Of a stretch of DNA of 64,000 nt, positions 40,953 to 52,900 are shown one piece after another (the stretch's first letter is position 1; each line of letters opens with the position of its first letter). The notes under the pieces were generated by a model that did no database searches, was not told where the DNA came from, and saw only the letters and a program-made list of their open reading frames with translations. The stretch spans positions 107,138,001 to 107,202,000 of the forward strand of contig NW_024704743.1 of assembly GCF_018977255.1 (NCBI RefSeq). The letters run 5' to 3'. The position numbers and the translations under genes are program-made. The DNA is from Callorhinchus milii (Eukaryota).

Positions 40953-41910
40953 TACAACAACAACAACACAACAACAACAACAACAACAAGATTCCATTTA
41001 TAAAGCGCCTTTCACGTCAGGAGGACGTCCCAAGGCGCTGCACAGTTGGGTCATGACCTGAGCAGGGGGGAAATGGTCAGGGTGAGGGGAGGAAAGGGAG
41101 GGAGCGAGGAGGGAGGAAATGGTCAGGGTGAGGGGAGGGAAGGGAGGGAGCGAGGAGGGGGAAGAGAGTCGAGAGGGGAGCTGAAGGCTCGGTCAAAGAG
41201 AAAGGTTTTGAGACCGGCCTTGAAGGAGGAGAGGGAGGAAGCAAGGCGAAGGCACTGGGGGATAGAGTTCCAGAGCCTCGGGGCTGAGAGGCTGAAGGCC
41301 CGACCACCGATGGTAGGGCGATTGGGGCGGGGGACGTGGAGCAGACCGGAGCCGGAGGAACGGAGGGTACGGGCAGGTAGGTAGGGGGATAGTAGGTTGG
41401 AGAGGTAGGAGGGAGCGAGGCCATGAATGGCCTTGTAGGTGAGGATGAGGATCTTGAAATCAATCCTCTGGGGGATGGGGAGCCAGTGGAGGCGAGCGAG
41501 GGTGGGAGTGATGTGGTTGCGAAGCCTGGTGCGGGACAGTACACGAGCTGCAGAGTTCTGAATGACCTGCAGCTTGTGGAGGGAGGTGGCGGGAAGGCCG
41601 GCGAGGAGAGAGTTCCCATAGTCCAGCCTTGAGGTGACAAAGGCGTGGACCAGGGTTTCAGCAGCGTGAGGGGTGAGGTAATGCCGTAGTCTGGCGATGT
41701 TCCGGAGGTGATAGAAGGCGGTGCCAGTTGTGGTGCGGATGTGAGGGAGAAAGGACAGCTCAGGGTCGAACAAAACGCCGAGGTTCCTGTCTGGCTTTGA
41801 GAGGTGGAGAGTGCAGCCTTGGATGCTGATGGTGTCGGCGCCTGAGGTGCGGAGGCGCTGACGTGAGCCAATCAGGAGGGCCTCGGTTTTTCGCACGTTG
41901 AGCTTATCCA
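40953..41910 (-). mobile_element. Young L2 LINE, 5'-truncated, uninterrupted C-terminal ORF2 frame
   Basis: 262-aa open frame KLNVRKTEALLIG...NLGVLFDPELSF...HAFVTSRLDYGNSLL...LHWLP...FKAGLKTFLF; CpG-rich; (CAA)n tail at 40953-40989. Confidence 0.95.
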
Positions 41911-42619
41911 AAGATTATCCAAAATAACCTGCTGACCTGCTGAGAATTCCACATATAAATGGAAATTTAATTTTGTTGCACACTCTCTCTGGAGGGACAC
42001 ACAGTACTGCTAAACATACGTTGGCAAAAGACATAGGAACCGCTGAGTGCATGTTGGGATACTGCTGGAGTAAAACTATGCACCTTGCCATTCCAAACAT
42101 TAACTGACAAGCTTCTCGCTGCTTGTCCAGTGAGGACCATGCTACCCATTAAGGCTTTCGCTTCAACTCAACAGTATCCAAATGAAAATAATCTCCTTCT
42201 CCCACCAGTTTATTCCTCCAATTCCTGCTATCAAGTGTGCTGGGGTACTGTGGATCTGTCTATCTCAGGAACTAAGCACAGAGAATCAATTCAATTCCAA
42301 TATTCCATTATTAATCAACTCAGGCTCAAAGAACCCTGCTTACCACCCTCTGCCTCAGGAAGATTATACATTCTGTCTGTGTGAGCACAGATAGTGTATG
42401 TCAGTATATTAATCGCCTATGATGAACACCTTAACCATGACCAATCCTGTCCTTATCAGAGCCCCAAAATGCTGCTTAGTCTGTAAGATCCAGTATAATT
42501 GCACCAAAACATTCTTTTGGTATTGTAGCATTTAGAGAAATTTTCCATTTTCAAGAAAGCTATACCTTTCTTGTACTATACCGGTAACTACAGATCCATT
42601 AGCCCAACCTCAATAATGA

Positions 42620-43890
42620 GAAAATAATGGCGTCAATGTAAGAGTTCTTGTTTTAAAATAATTTAATAAAGGATAGCCAACACAGATTCAAAAGGATTTG
42701 ATCTTGTCGAACCAACCTCATAGACATTTTTGAGGAGGTGCCAGCCCAAATTAACAGTGGGAATGATATAGTGTGTCTAGACTTCCGAAATACATTTGAC
42801 AAAGTACCATTATAAAAAGCTGCTTCACAAATTGAGGTCACTGGGTATCAAGGGCAAGACATGGGCATGGATTCAAAATTAGCTCAAGGGAAGGAAGCAG
42901 AGGGTTATTGTTAGGGATCTAGTTCAAAATGGGAAGAGGTATTAAACAGGGTGCCTCAGGGATCTGTGTTGTGACGCTTCCTGTTGCTTGTATACACTAA
43001 CGATCTGGATTTCCTGTTCTATCAACAAGTGTCCATCATTTTTCCATTATTCTAGTCAGGCTAATGTGTTTATAGTTGCCATTGTAAGGTAATTGAATTT
43101 GCAGATGACACCAAGTTGGAAGTAAACTGTGGAATCGGAGGAGTCAACAAAGTCTTAAAAGAGTCTTAAAATAGAGTTTGGTGGGGTACGCACATTGGCT
43201 AATAACTGCCAAATGAAGATCAGTACAGGTAAATCAAGTTAATACATATAGGAATGAATATGAAACACATGCACTCCATTGGTGGGATAGAACTTGCCAG
43301 GGGGGAAGATGAAAGCAATCTAGGAATGTTAGTTGATTCAAGATCTAAAAATAGGCAAACAGGATACTGGGCTATATTGCCCAATCAGTTGAATTCAGAT
43401 GCTCAGAAGTCATATTCGAGCTATATAATGCTTTTGTCAGGCTGCATCTCGAATACTGCACATAGTTCTGTCACAATGGCATAAGGGGGCTGCTCAGACC
43501 TGAGAGACAGTAGAGGATAGCAAATAGATGGATCCTAAGTGTTATACAAATGAGCTATGAGCAACAATTAGACAAGCTGACCTCTTAAGTGTTAAAAGGA
43601 GATGTTTCAGAGGGGATCTTATAGAGGTGTACAAGGTGATTAAGAAAGTCAATCCAGAACAATACTTCCAGAGACAGCAGAACAAGAGGACACAGGTTTA
43701 AGGCTACAAAGAGCAATTTCAGGACAGACAAATGAAATATTTATTTGCCCAGACTGTAATTAACAACTGGAAAAGGTTACCAGGAAGGTTTGTTCAGACC
43801 AGGATACTGGATTCATTTAAAATACAGTTTGTTGCTGGGCTGGGAAGATGAGTATTCTGGATGGGCCAAAGGGATTTCTTCATCCAAACT
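42620..43890 (+). mobile_element. Degraded CR1 (RT to 3' end)
   Basis: CLDFRNTFDKVP, GVPQGSVL, FADDTKL and GDLIEVYK remnants. Confidence 0.8.
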
Positions 43891-44796
43891 GATGTGGTAA
43901 TTGAAGAAAATTCTTAATTTGGAAACTGGTCCAAATTAAGACTGATCTCAAGAATTATACGCAATCTTAGGTTTTAAAAATGGTTTTACAGGCTAAGATT
44001 AGGTGGAATTTCTGGCCTCTCACATCTACCCGCACATTCTTCCCAATGGCCTTCACTGGTCAGCAATTAGAAACGCAAGTCCTGGCTGATATTTAGTTAA
44101 ATTCTAATTGGGATCAATTATAGTGGCTCAACAGCTTCCAAGATAAGATCATTTTAACCCAGACGGGGAATGGACTTGAAAGTTCCTAATCTGTATGATG
44201 GTACAACAGCAGACATACATTTACCCCAAAAACTTGTTGGGAAGCCTGTAGGCATCCACTTTTTCCTCAGAGGCTGGAGCTCAAGTAAGTGATAAAGAAT
44301 ATTTTCACTCTTATGTGCCTGATAAGAATATGCAGGAAGGTTTCGGAAATCGTCAGCGCTTGTGTGCCTATACATATGTTCTATTTCAATTAAGTAATTG
44401 AAGCTGTGGTGTAGGCAATTCAGAGGTCTGTGTTAGAAGTTTGAAGTTTTGTGATGCAGGATGTCACTTATGGTTTCAGAAATGAATTTACCGCTGAGTC
44501 AATACAGGAGACCACCAACTTTCAGAAGAAGATCAATAGACTGAATCCATTAAAATCTCCAAGGATCACCCACTTGTGGATTTCCTTTAATTCTGTCAGG
44601 CGTGTGACTCACTGTATTCATATTGTAACCTCTGCAGAGGGTTAAATTAAAAAAAGTTACTTATCACATCATCAAAATATCTGAAAGGGCTTCACAGAAT
44701 GTTTACTTAGAAGTGTGGTAATTGTGCCTTTGTAGGTTAAAGTGACCATCAATTTACTCACAGCAATGTCCCACAAACAGTCATAAAGTGAATGCT

Positions 44797-45595
44797 CAAC
44801 AACAACTTTCACTTATATAGCGCCCCCCACGCAGGGCAGCGTTTCAGAGCGCTTAACAATGGTGGAGCCTGATTCTGAGCCGGGGGTGAGGTGACCATAA
44901 GCACGGCCGAAAAGCAAGTTTATAAGATGGGACTTGAAAAAGGGGAGAGGGGGGGCAAGGCAGAGGGATTAAGGGAGAGTGTTCCAAGGTTTCGGGGCAA
45001 AGTGCCTGAAAGCGCAACCTCCAATGGTGGAGCGGAGGGTGCGAGGTACAAGCAGGAGGCTGGTTCCAGTCGAGTGGAGGTGCCGGGTTGTGGATTGGGG
45101 AGTGAGGAGATCAAAAAGGTAGGGAGATGCCAGAGAGTGAAGCGATTTGTACACGAGTGTGAGGATCTTGAAGTCGATCTGTTTGGTGATGGGGAGCCAG
45201 TGAAGCCTGGCCAGAACTAATGAGATGTGGGTACAGAGTTTGGTCTGGGTCAGTACACGGGCAGCAGAGTTCTGAATGAGCTGGATCTTTTGAATAGTGG
45301 AGCTGGGGAGATCGGCGAGGAGTGCATTCAAATAAACCAGGTGGGATGTGACAAACACATGCACGAGGGTTTTGGCTGCATTTGGGGCAACGTACAGTCG
45401 GAGATGGGCAATGTGGTGGAGGTGGAGGAAGGCGCTCCTGGTCAGAGACTGGATGTGGGGGAGGAAGTATAGCTGGGGTTTGAACCGGATGCCTAGATTG
45501 CGTACTGTTTCGGTGAGTCTGAAGGAAAGCCCAGGAAGGTTGAAGAATTTAGATCTGCAGGAGTGAAGACGTTGACAGGAGCCAAAGAGTAAATT
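44797..45595 (-). mobile_element. L2 LINE 3' portion (another subfamily)
   Basis: VRNLGIRF, IQNSAARVL, LHWLPITKQIDFKIL; 3' UTR shared with 51689-52160. Confidence 0.88.
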
Positions 45596-48500
45596 ATTGG
45601 AATGAAATATAATTAATATAGGTTCATTGGATGTATTACACAATGCAGATGTGTTGTACAGCACTCACTCATATTGCCAAATAATTTACTGTCGTGCATC
45701 AGCAATGTATAAACACTTCTTGTACTATCTCTCCTTGTAAATCTGTCCAATATACAAAATAAATGATATGAAGTTTATTAACCTTAGTCTGTTGGGGGTT
45801 TTAAATCCTGCTTCAGATGTGACTTATAGTGCAAGAAGATGAATGTCATGGCAATATTGGAAAATGCAATAATATTACTTATTTTCATTGGATCTGCCCC
45901 CTTATAACTGGCTCAATTGGTGAATTTAGTCCATTGGCAGAAACTAGTGGTGAGTTAAGCTTATATTGGAAAGTATAACTTGGCATTCACACAATATAGA
46001 CACATATTTATCCCAAGATTGCTATTTCCTGGTTGGTGCTAAGTTAACACAAAAGTTACAGACAGCCTGAAAATAGCTCTCTTTGTCTCTGGCACCTGAG
46101 GTTGGTTAGTTTACTTTATCAGGCAGTCAAGCGGTCAACTGAGCTATTTATTTGAACAAGTGATTGACGAAGCCATTTTAAATGTGCTGAACAAAGTGAT
46201 GTCTCCAGGCAGGAGGATCCATTACCATAACATAAAATTGTGGTTATAAACTCCTTGTGGGAAAAAAGTGTTCCTTCTGGATAATTATTTAATTCTGCAT
46301 TGGTCTTAAAAACTGCTGTTTTCAACAGACACTGTTGATAGATGGTTTTAGCACCCTGGTATGCAGTACTAGAATTATTTAGCAACTTATAAAAACAGCG
46401 ATGTGTTGTAATCTTCTAATTAATAGTGCCACTTGATTTCTATGCTTACATCCTTGAGGAAGGGAAGGACCAGGCAAATCCTATTTATGTTGCCTTGTCA
46501 AAGCATTGTTATATTATTGATAGTAGACAGAACAAAAATCTAGGGCAACTCATGCAATCATTTCATTCCACTCCAATTTCTACTCCTCCTGTGCTAAAGC
46601 TTTTGGCTCTTGTTGGGAATATACTTTCTAAAGCTGCCCGAGGATCAAGAATCCATCTAATTTAACCTTAAAATCATTTAATCTTAAAACTTAATGTTAA
46701 CACAGAATTGTGAAAGAAAACATCTTAAAATCAGTCTTAATTTGGAAGCTGGTTCGTCTTAACCACTGAAGAAAACTGGGTTACAAATAAAGATTCAATT
46801 GAAATTTTCTCCTTTAAAACAAAATGGTTTATAGGCTGACACTAAGTGGAATGCCCTCTGGTACTTCAATCAAGTGTCTATTCATCGCATGTGAAGCCTC
46901 GATGGTCAATATCAGCATGCTATTCAACTGTGACAGCATCTCAGCCAAGCTTGATATACATACATGTAGATGTTCCAGTAGGAATTATTGGATTGTGATG
47001 AGATGCCCCCCCCCCCACCCCTCACCCACCTACCTTACTCCAGGAGTGTTGAGGTCAATTGCAATAATAATAATAATCCTTGCATTTGATATAGTGCCTT
47101 ATCACATCTTTGACACATCTCAAAGCACTTCACAGAATACACTGAAAAGATAATTGCTTGCATACTTTGTGGGCGAAATGCACATATTGCTGTCATTGCT
47201 GAGATCAGCTACCTCAGATGTAACTGGTGATCGAAACTGACCTTCTGGTTCTTTAAAGGTGAGTTTCACACAGGACGGTGACTTTACCAACTTGTAGGAA
47301 CAATTCCATTTTAAAGGTGGCATAGAAGTAACAGCAGTATTCAAGAGTCCAAAATTAAAACATTGCTACATCAAGAGCCTTCTTCCAACTGGGTAGGGTC
47401 CCAAATAGCATTCACTCTGTTACACACCATGATCCTTTTGTGGTAACATTATACGGGCAGAGGGATTAGCAGGATTGTTGGCAGGGCAAGGAGCCATTTG
47501 TCCCTGGCACACATTCACGTAGTATTAAAGTGCACTGGAAAATGACTTAAATTAGGTTTTAAATATTGATCTGATGGTGTATGGTTCCATACTACAGAAT
47601 CACTATCAGTGTGCTTCATTGCTGACATTGATAGAATAATATTCTGTTTTTTTTTTAGCATGTAAACAAATGAGAAATCTCCTCTTACTGTTGGATTGGG
47701 TTTGTGAATAGACAGTTCTTATCTGAACAGTTATTTATTTATCTATTTGTTACCTCCTTAATGTATGTTGGTCTCAGATATCACAAAGGTCACAGACTGT
47801 AACTCAATTCATTACCTTCCCCACAATTGCTCACTTCATTCCAAAACTTCCAAAAACATTAGTGTGAATATGCAACTGTGCTAGAAAGAAATGAAGTGTA
47901 CAGAAATAAACATATGTGCACTAAGGGGAATAGCACATTCTGTCACCATCACATTTAAATACAGTAAAACTGTGAAACTTCATTTTTTCTATGAGGCACT
48001 GTTTCAAATTGATTGGAGACATTGTGCTCTTACTGTCTGAATTTCTCCTCAACACAGACAGGCTGATATACTGACTGATATTTACCCAGTTTATATGTTT
48101 TTGTTTCCCTTGCAATGGAGGTGATGACAAAAGGCAGCAACAGTGAAGCTGCTATCGACAAAATTAATCAAATACTAGCACTCATCTCAAGGTTGTTTGA
48201 CTACAAGTCAAAATAAGTTATTTTAACCACTGGTGAGGCCACATTTAGGAAAATTCTATTATAATCTCATTCTGCCAAGGTTGGTAAATTTGCCAATAGA
48301 CCGAATATAGCTCCCATTCCTTATATACTGCAACTTCTCAAACCAAACTGGATTCCATAATATGTGCATCAGCATCAGATAGTTATGTCTTAATCCATTT
48401 GTGACTAATAATACATACCTCAGTGCTCAGTGCAGCCATTAAACATAGATGATACCATAGCAATTCAATGTGTCCATTAAGAATATAAATAGCTTATATT

Positions 48501-50529
48501 TGGCTATGAACAATGTTTTTTTCACTAATGCACACTGTTCTCAATAAAGATCACTTCCTATAGTCAACATAAATGAGCATTTTGCAGCCAAGAGCCATAT
48601 ATATTTCCAAGAACTGGACCTGGTTTGTTATTATTGCAATTTTTAACCATCAACACTGTGTAGGTTGCTAGCTTTTATCGTGCAATTGTTTTTTTTTAAA
48701 CCCATAAACTCTTAATATTTGCATTGCATGGATATTCTGATAAATGGTACAGACTTTCTTTCTGGAAAGAAAAAAAAAGGTTAGTTATTGGAACATGTAG
48801 GTAGATGATGTATTGCCCAGAGTAAAAACAAAATTTACACAATCTGAATTTGCCGTCTGGCCCTGCAAATTATTAATCGTTTAAAATTATTTTTTGGATT
48901 TTGTGCAGTATCCTTCCTTTCATGACTTGAAGTAATCTAGGCGACCATGTCATTTACCACAAGAATTAATAACCTTGCCTTGAGCAGCAACAAAGCCAAT
49001 TATTTTGCACAAGTCTAGATTGCTGTTCTTCTCTGCCTCACCTTTAATGCCCACTGACCCCTTCCGGTTTTAGATACTGTGCAAGATATCGTGGTTAGCT
49101 GATCGGTACACTCTTTCCTGGTTTACTCTATATTGCCATGGAGATTATTTACAATGTAGAGTACATTCAACATATAATACAATATGTATTTATATAACAT
49201 CTTTCATATCGGGAGGATGTCTCAAAGCACTTTACACTACAGGCCAGGCACTCAAGCCTTGATGGGGCTGCTTTGAAGCTTGGGGATGTGAAAGATGACA
49301 AAGAGGTAAGCCTTTGAGGCTGCAAAAATACAAGAAAGCTCAACTTTGCTTAAAATAAACAGCTAATTTATAATGCAGCCTAGTTGCAAAATTAGTGTTG
49401 GTTTGATTAATTTTAGTACATATAAAACAAAACAGAAAACTAGAATTCTCTTGTGCTTTGTTTACTTGGTATCAGTTCAGGAGGCAATGGGCCATCACTA
49501 AGTGTCATAGTGCGAGAGGAAGAGGAGTATCGTCCAGAGTCTCGCTCCTCATCACTTTTGCTGGAAGTGGACGCTGGATGCCAAGTGAGGACAAAATTGT
49601 TATTGGCTCTGATGATCTCTGTGGTCAAAAGGGCCGTCAACACTCTGCCTTCGCTCACCTGTAAAGAATTGCCTTTTGGGTAGGGTACATAAGTGCTTCC
49701 TGCCACACCAACAGGAAAAATCACCACCTGCAAGAGAGCGGGGTAAAGGGTCGAAATTGGAGGGGAGGATCTAATGTGTTTCAATATAATATTATAAGCA
49801 AGACACACACACACACACAGAAAGCAAATAATTCAAATGAGCATAAGCATCATGAAAATGTCCACAACGGCTCGTACACTACTTACAATGAGAGCCTTGT
49901 TTCAACAGCAGGTTGCTATATATGAACCAATGAAATGCTTTTAGGGCAAGGATTGTTTTATACCAGTGAATTCCATAAATTGGCAGCTGGAAAAGCAAAA
50001 CACATTATTAAAGTTACAATCCGCCAAATGCACTTTTTATAATGAACAGCAATTATTTTTTTATTCTCTCCCCTCTTTGATGTTAATGTATTTCTGAGCC
50101 TTCTTCCTCCAGCAGAAAAAGGCCTACAGTGCATGAATAGATCTCATACTTCTCTGGCCCCATGGACCAACTAGTATACGAGGCTATGAAGGACAATTTT
50201 GTTGGCATCAGGTGGAATGGAATCAAATGACCTGGATCAGAGGACTAATGTGGCATTCTACATATGTTAAGGAAGTGAGACTACCATTGGCCCCAAGGCA
50301 AATACTCCCTACCAGTTCAACACAGACTGGCATTGTCAGTGGTTGCCATGGCAACATCTTGATAGAGTGGTTAACTTTCCTTGTGAAGGACAAGCGGTGA
50401 CCAACTCATTGCAAACAGGTATAGACAGTTTTCACCAGTGAGTGGACAAGTGGTGTGTTATTTTCAACATTGAGAAAACCAAGCCAAGTCACATCCAGCA
50501 GGTTCACTCCATGTTAGACTTCAACTATA

Positions 50530-51408
50530 ATATAATAATAATAATCCTTGCATTTAATATAGCGCTTTTCACATCTTCTAGATGTCTCAAAGCGCTTTAC
50601 AGAATATACTGTAAATTGAATTGACTGTATATTTGTGGGCGAAATGCGGCAGCCAATTGCACACAGTAGTCCCCAGAGGATTGATTTCAAGATCCTCATC
50701 CTCACCTACAAGGCCATTCACGGCCTTGCTCCCTCCTACCTCTCCAACCTACTATCCCCCTACCTACCTGCCCGTACCCTCCGTTCCTCTGGCTCCGGTC
50801 TGCTCCACGTCCCCCGCCCCAACCGCCCTACCATCGGTGGTCGGACATTCAGCCTCTCAGCCCCCAAGCTCTGGAACTCCATCCCCCATTGCCTTCGCCT
50901 TGCTTCCTCCCTTTCCTCCTTCAAGGCCGGTCTCAAAACCTTTCTCTTTGACCGAGCCTTCAGCTCCCCTCTCGACTCTCTTCCCCCTCCTCGCTCCCTC
51001 CCTTCCCTCCCCTCACCCTGACCATTTCCCCCCTCCTCGCTCCCTCCCTTCCCTCCCCTCACCCTGACCATTTCCCCCTCCTCGCTCCCTCCCTTCCCTC
51101 CCCTCACCCTGACCATTTCCCCCCTGCTCGGGTCATGACCCAACTGTGCAGAGCCTTGGGACGTCCTCCTGACGTGAAAGGCGCTTTATAAATGGAATCT
51201 TGTTGTTGTTGTTGTTGTTGTAGTGTCCCACAAACAGTCGTGGATTGAAAATGACCAATTTATTATTTATTTATTTATTTATTTGGAGGGATTATTATTA
51301 GGCGTGTGGAGTAAGGAAACTTGCCCAAGGTTTCGCCCTGCCTGAAATTGAACCCAGGTGTCTCGCTTGCAAGGCGAGTGCTCTAACCACTGAGCTACAG
51401 GTGCTCCA
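50530..51408 (-). mobile_element. Young DeuSINE split by an L2 insertion
   Basis: 3' part at 50530-50670 and 5' part at 51221-51408 rejoin at GCACACAGTAGT|GTCCCACAAACAG. Confidence 0.9.
50671..51220 (+). mobile_element. Young L2 3' fragment nested in a SINE
   Basis: PQRIDFKILILTYKAIHGLAPSYL; nearly identical to 40953-41480; short TSD (G)TAGT. Confidence 0.93.
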
Positions 51409-51688
51409 AGAGTGTTAGTCTTTTTAAATCCTAGGTCACGACTTTGAGATCACAGTCTAGGCTGACAGTACAGTGGGAGAGCTGTATTATCCTTCTGATG
51501 AGATGTTAAGATGAGGGACCATGTGTTCAGGTAGATGTTAAAGATCCCATGACACTATTTGCAAAGAGAAGGGAGTTTCTCCCAGTGACTCTGGGCAATA
51601 ATCTTCCAGATAAAATTGGTCATTCACTTCAATGTTGTTTGTGGGACATTGCTGTGCACAAATTGTCTGTCACATTTAGAACCATATA

Positions 51689-52160
51689 AACAACAACAAC
51701 TTCACTTATATAGCTCCCTCCACGCAGGATAGTGTCTCAGAGTGCTTAACAGTGGTGGAGCCTGACTCGAGCCTGGGGCGGTGGTGGGTGGGAGGTGACC
51801 GTAAGCACAGTCGAAAAGGAAGGTTTTCAGGCAGGACTTGAAAAAGGGGAGAGAGGGTGCAAGGCAGAGGGATTGAAGGAGAGTGTTCCAGAGTTTTGGG
51901 GCATAGCGGCTGAATGCGCGACCTCCAATGGTGGAGCAGAAGCATGAGGGACAAGCAGGAGACCGGTGCCAGTCGAACGGAGGTGCCGGGAGGTGGATTG
52001 GAATGTGAAGAGGTCGGAGAAGTAGGGAGGTGCCAAAGAGTGAAGGGATTTGAAAACAAGTGTGAGCATCTTGAAGTCGATCCGTTTGGTGATGGGGAGC
52101 CAGTGGAGTCTGGCCAGAACTGGTGAGATGGTACGGAGTTTGTTCCAGGTAAGTATGCGG
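51689..52160 (-). mobile_element. L2 LINE 3' fragment
   Basis: LTLVFKSLHSLAPPY; (CAA)n tail. Confidence 0.85.
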
Positions 52161-52649
52161 GTAAGTATAGAATCACAGAATTTTACAGCACAGAGGAAAG
52201 CCTTTCAACCCATCATGCTGGCTCTTTTAAGAGCAATACTTTCAGGTACTCATTTACCTACCCCAAAATACAGTCACGACTCTATAAACTGGAATCTTTA
52301 GTGTCTACCTGAACAGACACATGAGACCTTGGTGCAACATTTTACTTTGGCTGTTAGTATTCCAATGCATTTCCTTCAAAGTATATGGTCCTAACAACGA
52401 ACAGGCTCAATTTTGTCAGATAATTCTCCGTGTTACACTGTTGTTTTAAGGTGACAGATTCTACAAAAACATTGCTTTATTTCTCTGTTGTGAGGAATGC
52501 GGGAGCTCAATACTTTACAGTTTGAATAAATGCAGGAGAGAAAAATATCAATAAAAATTCACTTGATACTCAGTCCAATTGGGGAGAAAGTCCTCTAGTG
52601 TTTGAAATAAAATGCCAGTCATTTGTGGATATTTGGTATCACCGTGGAA

Positions 52650-52900
52650 GTAGACTGACCTTTTAAGTGACCTGGATTCAAATCCAGTGTAGTTTGATGA
52701 AATGGAAGTCTGGTTGTGTTCTATGTGAAATGAACTTGAGAAGTTTTGATCAAGTTCTCAATGGGCGTGGGCCATTCGCACAAAACTGCCTTTAATTTAG
52801 CACTAAATGGCTGACATCACTGAGAGAGCTGACAAACCTACTTAGAAATGGAAATGTCCTATTGGTATTGGAGAGAGCTCTCTCCTGAAACTTGGCCTAC
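52650..52900 (+). mobile_element. Ancient LF-SINE-like relic
   Basis: Motifs GGATTCAAATCCAG, TATGTGAAATGA, CACAAAAC and GCACTAAATGGC in the order recalled for LF-SINE; heavily diverged. Confidence 0.4.

Noticed and set aside
41123..41911. 262-aa ORF as a host gene
   Set aside because: It is the C-terminal part of L2 ORF2 in a 5'-truncated copy.
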